The notes below the pieces were generated by a model. It was not told where the DNA came from and searched no databases. It was given only the letters and a program-made list of their open reading frames with translations. A stretch of 64,000 nt of DNA from Gemmatimonadaceae bacterium (lineage in GTDB: Bacteria; Gemmatimonadota; Gemmatimonadetes; Gemmatimonadales; Gemmatimonadaceae), in contig JBJMOW010000005.1 of NCBI GenBank assembly GCA_045803545.1, positions 416,001 to 480,000 on the forward strand. The letters run 5' to 3'. Shown piece after piece: positions 57,122 through 64,000 of the stretch. Made by a program: the position numbers and the translations under genes. Positions within the stretch are counted from its first letter, which is position 1. Each line of letters opens with the position of its first letter.

Positions 57122-57985
57122 CTAGTTAGTGCGGTTCTTGAAGAACACCGCGGTTGTGAATGGAGCACTTTCAGAAGCGGACTGTCCCGGAGCAGCGTAT
57201 TCGCTCAGCCCATCGAGATGCAGCTCGAGCCCGCGAGTGTCCGCCAGATTTGCGGGCGGATTATCCTGCGCAGTCGCGCCACCTTGCAGGGTGAAGAAGC
57301 GCCACTTCGCCGTATTGGCGAAGGGGGCAACAAGCTCCTCGGTCGAATTTCCGTTCGGTCGAACGACGGTTCGCCACAAGCCGATCTTGCCTGGCACTGC
57401 AACTGATGCCTTCAGCTCATACTTGACTCTCTCATAGAGAAAAACCGGCGTCCCGAGACCCGCGTTGACTGGAAGTGTCGGCTGAACTCCGACGACCTTT
57501 CCGCCTGGTACGGATGTGATGCGGACGCCCGCGCATATGGCTGGATCGCCATTCTGTTGCTGAGTGCCACCGGCTTCGACGTAGGTGTATGCGCCAGTGG
57601 TGGCGCTGCGCCAGGCGTAGCCGTAGAACGACGAATTCGCATAGGTCGTCGAATCGACCGGCAACAGCGTTATATGCGTCAGCCCGCTGTTGTCAGCGCA
57701 TTCGACACCAATCGCGTAAGGAATACGAAGGTCGAGTGTTGTCGACGTCGCGGCGATGATCGCACCGGTAGCTTCGATCATTCGGAAATCGGATACGACG
57801 CGGTTTAGCGACGCGCGAGAAACGTTGCGCGCTGCGTTTGCCATACCCTGCCGGTCGAAGAAGCGACCCTGGACCGTCAACAATTTCGTTAGAGCTGCAC
57901 CGACGATCGCAAACAGAACGACGCCGACCAGCAGCTCGATCAGAGTGAAGCCGCGACGTGCGCGGCGAGCGATGTCTTTTCTCAT
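57122..57985 (-). CDS. PilW-like minor pilin (cluster A)
   Basis: RRG/FTLIELLV; start 57985 by ATGA overlap. Confidence 0.85.
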   Translation of the reverse strand: MRKDIARRARRGFTLIELLVGVVLFAIVGAALTKLLTVQGRFFDRQGMANAARNVSRASLNRVVSDFRMIEATGAIIAATSTTLDLRIPYAIGVECADNSGLTHITLLPVDSTTYANSSFYGYAWRSATTGAYTYVEAGGTQQQNGDPAICAGVRITSVPGGKVVGVQPTLPVNAGLGTPVFLYERVKYELKASVAVPGKIGLWRTVVRPNGNSTEELVAPFANTAKWRFFTLQGGATAQDNPPANLADTRGLELHLDGLSEYAAPGQSASESAPFTTAVFFKNRTN

Positions 57986-58434
57986 TGGCATACGGTGCAA
58001 AGCACCTTTGAAGTCCTGGCCTTGGTACGGGTGAAGCTCACCGTATCAGGCTTGAACCTGGCGTTGCTCGGAGTCAGAACGACCACGATCGTTTTCACTC
58101 TTTGCGCGATCGGCTCGCCGACGATGATCTTGCGAGTGTGCGCGTAGCTGCCGCCGGTCACGGTATATGTCGAAGTCCCGACCGCAATCGAGTCATAAGG
58201 AAGGCCCTCGAGTCGGTTCACCTCGAACATCAGCATGCCGTTCCTATAGGCGTTACCAGTGTTCTTGAGACCGCTCTGGGAGATCGAATACACGAGTCCC
58301 GCGAGCGAGGAAACCGCAACGCCGAGCAGCACCATTGCGACGATGACCTCGACGAGCGCGATACCCTTTCGATTGCCGTTATGCTTCACGGCCTTCTCGG
58401 GTATCCGATGAAACCTGCGGAGAGAGATTCGCAT
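57982..58434 (-). CDS. PilV-like minor pilin (cluster A)
   Basis: RKG/IALVEVIVAMVLL. Confidence 0.83.
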   Translation of the reverse strand: MRISLRRFHRIPEKAVKHNGNRKGIALVEVIVAMVLLGVAVSSLAGLVYSISQSGLKNTGNAYRNGMLMFEVNRLEGLPYDSIAVGTSTYTVTGGSYAHTRKIIVGEPIAQRVKTIVVVLTPSNARFKPDTVSFTRTKARTSKVLCTVCQ

Positions 58435-58898
58435 TAGTGTGACACCCTGATAAAGCCAGCAGTGCTGGCAGTGATTTGCTTCGAATAATCACCGTTGGCG
58501 AGACTGATCGTGATAGGCGCGGACGAAATGCCGCTCGGAAATACGTCGAGCGTCGTCGGGTTAAAAACCAGGCTCGACAAACGATATTCCGATGTGTCGC
58601 CATAGAACGTACGGATTCTGAGTACCGATCCTGTCTTGCGGTCGATGAACTGATAGCTGCGAGTATTTGCGTCGGCCTGAATGCGAACTGGCTCACGCTG
58701 ACGCGCCGCGACAGCGAAAGCGTTCTGCAGATCGGCCGTGATCACCATCGCGGCACGGTTAACTCGCTGATGTCGGACAATGCGCGAAACCGCGGGTCCC
58801 GCCATGCCAGCCAGAATGCCGAGAATGACGATGACGACGAGCAGTTCCATTACGGTAAAGCCGACGACAATAGCTTTGTGATTTTTGGCCATGATCAC
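58434..58898 (-). CDS. FimT/FimU-like minor pilin (cluster A)
   Basis: G/FTVMELLVVIVILGILAGMAGP, DVFPSG, STAGFIR. Confidence 0.85.
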   Translation of the reverse strand: MIMAKNHKAIVVGFTVMELLVVIVILGILAGMAGPAVSRIVRHQRVNRAAMVITADLQNAFAVAARQREPVRIQADANTRSYQFIDRKTGSVLRIRTFYGDTSEYRLSSLVFNPTTLDVFPSGISSAPITISLANGDYSKQITASTAGFIRVSH

Positions 58899-59064
58899 AC
58901 GCCTTTTTGACCAACGAGGATTAGGAGCGGAAGCAGGGATGCTTCAGCTCTTTTAGTGAAGACGAAATTCATTTAGGGATGGACGAGTACCACATATGCC
59001 AGCAACCCGAATGACTGGCGAATTTGGAGTTAAGCGCGCTTAAGCGCATTTAACCCACCTGTTT

Positions 59065-59544
59065 CTAGCTCAGCAGTTCCATTGCGGTGAAGATCTCTTC
59101 GTTCTCGCGCCGCTGACTGTTATTGGACTCTACGTGCGACCATCTAAGGCGGCCGTCACGGTCGATCAGGAAGTACGCCCGGTTGGAATAAAAACGGTCC
59201 TCGTTGAGAACCCCGTAGGCCCGCGAAATGTCCCGTTTGAAGTCACTGAGCAACTCGGTTTTCATCTGCAGTTTGTTCTTGAACTCGCGCAGGGATGGAA
59301 CCGCGTCGACCGATACTGGCAGTATCTCCACTCCCCGCCCGGTGAATCGATCGAAGTCCTCCGTAAAACAAGCGAGCTCCTTGGTACAGGTGCCGGTGAA
59401 CGCGAGAGGAAAGAATGCGAGGAGAACATTGCTCTTACCGCGAAAATCTGAAAGCGAGATGTCTTTTCCTGACGTTGAGGCAGCGGTGAACTCGGGAGCG
59501 AGGTCTCCGACCTGCGGCGAATTTTGCAGTTGAGCAACGGTCAT
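59065..59544 (-). CDS. Peroxiredoxin (AhpE/BCP-like)
   Basis: [21 protein letters not shown]. Confidence 0.9.
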   Translation of the reverse strand: MTVAQLQNSPQVGDLAPEFTAASTSGKDISLSDFRGKSNVLLAFFPLAFTGTCTKELACFTEDFDRFTGRGVEILPVSVDAVPSLREFKNKLQMKTELLSDFKRDISRAYGVLNEDRFYSNRAYFLIDRDGRLRWSHVESNNSQRRENEEIFTAMELLS

Positions 59545-59573
59545 GACAGAACGAGGAATTGCAGAGGGTGGAA

Positions 59574-60050
59574 ATGGAATCTGAGTTGACGGCTGACGCT
59601 AACGCAGCCATTCAGAAGCTCACGGTGCGCTGCTTGTTTTGCAATACTTGGAATCGCATCGACGCGGGCAAGGTGATCGATGGTCCAAAGTGCGGAAAGT
59701 GCGCGAAGCCGATTCTACTAGAGCGGCCCCTACAGCTGAATGACGAAACATTCTCACGCACCATTGCTGAAAGTGATATCCCGGTTGCGGTCGACTTTTA
59801 CGCCGATTGGTGCGGCCCGTGTCGAATGATGGCGCCTGCGGTCGACGCGCTAGCGGCGCATCTCCAGGGAAAGGCGCTGATCACCAAGCTCAATACCGAC
59901 CATTCCGCGCGCACCGCGGGAAGCTTCAATATCCGCGGCATCCCGACCACTATAGTATTCCGGGCCGGCAAGGAAGTGGCGCGACAATCGGGCGCCATGC
60001 CACTCGAGGGATTAAAACAGCTTATGGCGCGAGCCGGGGTCGCCGTTTAG
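59574..60050 (+). CDS. trxC: Thioredoxin 2 with N-terminal Zn finger
   Basis: CLFC...[20 protein letters not shown]. Confidence 0.9.
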   Translation: MESELTADANAAIQKLTVRCLFCNTWNRIDAGKVIDGPKCGKCAKPILLERPLQLNDETFSRTIAESDIPVAVDFYADWCGPCRMMAPAVDALAAHLQGKALITKLNTDHSARTAGSFNIRGIPTTIVFRAGKEVARQSGAMPLEGLKQLMARAGVAV

Positions 60051-60442
60051 GAAACCGTGGGGCCTTTGAGCACCGCTTCGACAGCGGCTGCGAGCTCCTG
60101 CGCCGAAAACGGCTTATTCAAAAAGTTTGCGCCAGCAGGAACGCCGGTCCGCGCATCCTGATCCGCGTATCCGGACATGAAAAGCGCGCGCAATCCCGGA
60201 CGCTGGACTGCGAGACGCTGAACGACTTCCGGGCCCCTCAGACCTGGCATAAACATGTCGGTGATTACCAGATCCAGCGGGCCGTCGTGTTTGTCCGCGA
60301 TGATAAGAGCCGCCTCGCCACTTTCCGCCTCCAACACCGCATAATTAGCCCGTTTGAGGATTCTCAGAACGATGCTCCGCACTGCTGGCTCGTCATCGAC
60401 GAGCAGGATGGTTCGCTTGTTGTTGGCCTCGGCGCCGTCCAT
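60047..60442 (-). CDS. Stand-alone receiver-domain response regulator
   Basis: ILLVDDE, LVITDMFMP, FMSGY, FLNKPF. Confidence 0.9.
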   Translation of the reverse strand: MDGAEANNKRTILLVDDEPAVRSIVLRILKRANYAVLEAESGEAALIIADKHDGPLDLVITDMFMPGLRGPEVVQRLAVQRPGLRALFMSGYADQDARTGVPAGANFLNKPFSAQELAAAVEAVLKGPTVS

Positions 60443-60614
60443 TGGTCATGACCGCAGTTAGACGTTGAGCAAGCTATGGCGCCGTGCACACGTTGTGTAG
60501 AGGAAAGCCATGCACCAGGTGGCCTCAAGCGCTCAAAGATGGCGCGGCTGTCCGACGAACTGTATTGCCCGCCCCCTTGTTTCGCGATCGTTTCGCCAGT
60601 TCATGGCAGGTTGT

Positions 60615-60632
60615 TGTTGCACAACTGCAACA
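60615..60632. promoter_or_regulatory. Palindromic site TGTTGCA-N4-TGCAACA
   Basis: Perfect 7-bp arms; a related site lies at 62450-62465. Confidence 0.55.
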
Positions 60633-60850
60633 GTGCTCGGCGCCAGATTCTTCCGCTAGCTGCGTCGCCTCGGCACGTAAAAACACTTAAGCCCCACTAG
60701 GTCCCGTTAACTCGGGCGACAGGACGTTTTTTTGTATGTCTCCGCGCGAAAAACTCGCTATTGCCGGATATAGGGGTTTCGCTACGTTGTGGCCTCCATC
60801 ACGAAGTTTCGCGCCGCAAGCTTGTCCACATTGCACCACACGGTGAACCA

Positions 60851-62413
60851 ATGACCACGTCGCTGGCACGGAAAGATTACCGAATTCTTCCCGACCCTGC
60901 CCCGTCGTACCGCTCAACTCCCGACAAGATGCGCGCACTGATCGTCGACGACGATCGAACACTTCGCGAAGGCTGTGCGAGCGTTCTACGGAGTGAGGGG
61001 TTCCTCGTCGAGGTTACCGCCCGCGGTGACGAAGCTATCGAGATGGTACGGCGCCAGCGCTTTGACATCATGTTCGTCGATGTTTACATGACTCCGGTCA
61101 CGGGCATCGATGTCCTCAAAGCGGTGATGGCAGCGGACCCGAACACGCTTGTCGTTTTGATGACCGGGAACCCGAGTGTGGACTCGAATATTGAGGCCAT
61201 TAAAATCGGCGCTTGGGAGTATCTCGCCAAACCCTACTCCGGTTCACAACTGCAGCTGCTTCTTGGGCGCGCGGCACACACCCTTTCGGAGCGCCGCCAG
61301 AACGAGGCAAGTCAGGGCGATCCTGCGGACGGTTTTAGTGCAGGCCCCATGGTGGGCACCTCGTCTGCTTTCCGTCGCGCCGTGGACCTGGCGACGCGCG
61401 CAGCACCGACGAATGCCGCCGTCATGATTGTTGGCGAGACTGGTACAGGGAAAGAAGTCCTGGCTCGGCACATTCACCTGAATAGTCGTCGCTCGCGGCG
61501 CCGTCTCGTTCCCATCAACTGCGCGGCGATCCCGGAGCAGTTGCTTGAATCAGAAATGTTTGGGCATCGGAAAGGCGCGTTCACAGGTGCCGACCGGGAA
61601 AAAATGGGATTGCTCGAGCTCGCCGATGGCGGGACGCTTTTCCTGGACGAGCTCAGCGAGATGTCGATGCCGCTGCAAGCAAAAATGCTTCGGGTTCTCC
61701 AGGATGGTATCGTCCGGCGCGTTGGCAGCGAACACGAGGATGCAGTGGTAGACGTCCGATTCGTCTCAGCGACCAACAAGGATCCTCGCTTATCGATCAG
61801 GAATAAACAGCTCAGGGAAGATCTGTATTATCGCCTGAACGTGGTCCAGGTGGTGATTCCGCCATTGCGTGATCGCGTGGAAGACATCCCGTTGCTCGCG
61901 ACGCATTTCCTGCGTTCGTTCTGGGCGCGGCACCGCTCCGCGAAAGACCCAATCCCGGAGTTCAGCGAAGACACTCTCGACTTCCTTGTTTCGAGACCGT
62001 GGCGCGGAAACGTCCGGGAGCTGCAGAATTTCGTGGAACACGTCACGATTCTCGCGCAGCCCGGTTCCAAGATCCAAATCCACCAGCTTCCGCTTGACCA
62101 GGAAGTCGACCTGGGCTCTGCTCTCACAGGAGTGCCTTCTCTTCCTTCGAACGATGCGTATCACGTCGCGAAGGAACAGGTGTTGACCAGCTTCGAAAAG
62201 ACTTACGTCACGCGACTGGTCGCACGGGCCTCGGGCAACATGTCCCGCGCAGCACGTCTTGCGAGCGTCGACCGCACGACACTCTACAGACTCCTTGAGC
62301 GCCATGGGTTCCGCAAGGATTCAGGGGATCGCGCGCTAGTCGATGCCTCCGACCTCACGGGCCCTGCCGACGACGATCTTGCTGACGCGTTTCCTGAAAT
62401 GCCGGCGGAGTAA
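60851..62413 (+). CDS. Sigma-54-dependent response regulator (NtrC family: REC-AAA+-Fis)
   Basis: GETGTGKE, ESEMFGHRKGAFTGA, LFLDE, WRGNVREL, GNMSRAARLASVDRTTLYR. Confidence 0.95.
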   Translation: MTTSLARKDYRILPDPAPSYRSTPDKMRALIVDDDRTLREGCASVLRSEGFLVEVTARGDEAIEMVRRQRFDIMFVDVYMTPVTGIDVLKAVMAADPNTLVVLMTGNPSVDSNIEAIKIGAWEYLAKPYSGSQLQLLLGRAAHTLSERRQNEASQGDPADGFSAGPMVGTSSAFRRAVDLATRAAPTNAAVMIVGETGTGKEVLARHIHLNSRRSRRRLVPINCAAIPEQLLESEMFGHRKGAFTGADREKMGLLELADGGTLFLDELSEMSMPLQAKMLRVLQDGIVRRVGSEHEDAVVDVRFVSATNKDPRLSIRNKQLREDLYYRLNVVQVVIPPLRDRVEDIPLLATHFLRSFWARHRSAKDPIPEFSEDTLDFLVSRPWRGNVRELQNFVEHVTILAQPGSKIQIHQLPLDQEVDLGSALTGVPSLPSNDAYHVAKEQVLTSFEKTYVTRLVARASGNMSRAARLASVDRTTLYRLLERHGFRKDSGDRALVDASDLTGPADDDLADAFPEMPAE

Positions 62414-62449
62414 GCGCGATATCGATGCGCGAGCAGACCCAACTACCAC

Positions 62450-62532
62450 GTTGCGCTCGCGCAACAGTTTGAAGCAGTCGTCGCCCCTAAGTTCCGGTCA
62501 GTCATAGTGTTGAGCGTGGGCGGGTAATTGCT
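62450..62532 (+). promoter_or_regulatory. Palindrome GTTGCG-N4-CGCAAC plus a candidate sigma-54 -24/-12 site upstream of the Wzc-like gene
   Basis: Palindrome at 62450-62465; TGG-GCGGGTAATT-GCT at 62517-62532 has GG-N10-GC spacing but an imperfect -24 box. Confidence 0.45.
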
Positions 62533-62593
62533 GTAGTGCGCGGTGACTCTTCGCTGGATTCTTACATTGCCTCGCCCAGACTAAAAAAATCAA

Positions 62594-64000
62594 ATGTCAG
62601 TACGGATCGCTCCGTCGCAGCCGGAGTATTATGCCGGTGTCCCAGCCTATGGCCTTGGCCAACCTGCGGGCAGTCTGCCCCCAGCGTGGGAACCCGAGTC
62701 AATTCCGTGGTCGAGGTACATCGAGGCGCTGCGACGGCATGTCTGGCTGATGCTCGCCATCGTATTTCTCGGGTCCATCGGCGGCTTGGTATACTCGAAA
62801 CGCGTGAAGCCGGAATACGACGTTCAGGCGACCCTTTGGATAAATCCGGGTTCGACGCCTGAAAGTGGTCCGATCAGGGGTCAACAGTTGTTGTCACCGA
62901 CTTCATGGGTCGAACTACTGCGCAGTTTCGCCATCATCGAGCCGGTTGTGCGCAAACTCCGCCTGAACGTCTCGTACGCACAAGCGGCGGACTCTGTCTT
63001 TTTCACGGATTTTGAGTCGCACAACGGAATTCGTCCGGGAGCCTTCGTTCTCCGTGCAGACAACACGGGCCATTTTGAATTGACAACTGTCAAAGGCGAA
63101 CCGATTGAGCGCGGTTCGCTCGGCGATTCGATTGGGCGAGCCCTGGGCTTTGGATGGGCACCTCCAGCTACGCTGTTCGCACGGAAACGGGTTCTCGAGT
63201 TTGCGGTGAGCACCCCGCGCGCCAAATCTCTGGCCCTCGTGTCAAAGCTTCATTCGATGCTGCCAGAAGATGGCCAGTTTCTCACGCTGACACTTACTGG
63301 AGCGGATGCGCCGCGCACGGCAGCGACGCTGAATGACTGGGTCAACCAGTTTGTGGAGGCGGCGGGCCAACTAAAAAAACGGCATCTACTCGAGTTCAAA
63401 CACATCCTCGCCGGTCAGCTCGACGTCGCCGAGCGCGAGCTTCGCAATTCCGAAATCCAGTTGGAGCAATTTCGCGTCAATACTATCACTCTTCCCTCGG
63501 ACGCGACGCCCCTGGCCGGTGGCGTTCAGGCCACGCGCGACCCTGTAATCTCGAATTTCTTTCAGCAGAAACAGGCGCTCGCTGAAGTCCAAAACGAGCG
63601 CGCGGCACTGCAAGAATTGATTGATGGCGCCAAGACCGGCGAGCTGAAACCGGAGGCATTCATAATAATGCTGCCATCGGTGTTGAACAGCTCACCACGG
63701 TTGAGAGCGGCGATCGAGGAGCTGTCTGCGCGCGAGGCCTCACTTCATAGCGAACAACAATACCTCACGGACGCCAACCCCCGCATAAGCCAGCTCAAAG
63801 AGACCGTTCACACCCTTCAATTCGAGACCATACCGCAAATCGCACAGAGCGTTCTGCAATCCCTCACCGCGCGAGAGAGAGATATGAGCGCGCGGGTAGA
63901 CAACGAATCGCATGAATTGCGCGCGATTCCCGTGCGAACCATCGAAGAAATGCGGCTGGTGCGTCAGGTCGCCGCAACCGAGAACCTCTATAAGGTGCTC
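62594..64000 (+). CDS. Polysaccharide co-polymerase / tyrosine autokinase (Wzc/GumC-like); runs off the window
   Basis: Not in the ORF track (no stop in the window). Manual translation MSVRIAPSQP...WSRYIEALRRHVWLMLAIVFLGSIGGLVYS...PEYDVQATLWI; coiled-coil region, YLTDANPRI. Confidence 0.88.
   Translation, partial: MSVRIAPSQPEYYAGVPAYGLGQPAGSLPPAWEPESIPWSRYIEALRRHVWLMLAIVFLGSIGGLVYSKRVKPEYDVQATLWINPGSTPESGPIRGQQLLSPTSWVELLRSFAIIEPVVRKLRLNVSYAQAADSVFFTDFESHNGIRPGAFVLRADNTGHFELTTVKGEPIERGSLGDSIGRALGFGWAPPATLFARKRVLEFAVSTPRAKSLALVSKLHSMLPEDGQFLTLTLTGADAPRTAATLNDWVNQFVEAAGQLKKRHLLEFKHILAGQLDVAERELRNSEIQLEQFRVNTITLPSDATPLAGGVQATRDPVISNFFQQKQALAEVQNERAALQELIDGAKTGELKPEAFIIMLPSVLNSSPRLRAAIEELSAREASLHSEQQYLTDANPRISQLKETVHTLQFETIPQIAQSVLQSLTARERDMSARVDNESHELRAIPVRTIEEMRLVRQVAATENLYKVL

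Overview
GC-rich, gene-dense bacterial chromosomal window. Gene content and protein style suggest Gemmatimonadota (inference). The left two-thirds is mostly housekeeping and metabolism: wbpB/wbpD-like sugar genes, carB, the rpmJ-rpsM-rpsK-rpsD-rpoA-rplQ-rpmB operon, pyrD/pyrF, smpB, tRNA-Leu(CAG), aspA, trxB, a 2-oxoacid dehydrogenase without E3, ino1 plus a PI(P) synthase, a peptidoglycan-sugar recycling locus, transporters, a membrane pyrophosphatase and a TonB/ExbBD cluster. The main candidate novel system is at 48-59 kb. An ECF sigma factor, a membrane anti-sigma-like protein with a glycogen-binding (CBM48/AMPK-beta-like) domain and a second secreted CBM48 protein lie between two paralogous type IV minor-pilin clusters. 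An exactly spaced motif, TGTGAC-N18-AGTC(A/G), occurs four times: before the sigma gene, a secreted protein, a DUF4382 lipoprotein and only one of the two pilin clusters. This suggests alpha-glucan-sensing control of an alternative pilus tip. A second candidate is a four-helix-bundle (23S-IVP/Avd-like) gene enclosed by 65-bp inverted repeats built partly from 7-bp units; the same heptamer family (CNNCCCG) is scattered after stop codons and inside the E2 linkers. No CRISPR array, rRNA, integrase or transposase was seen.
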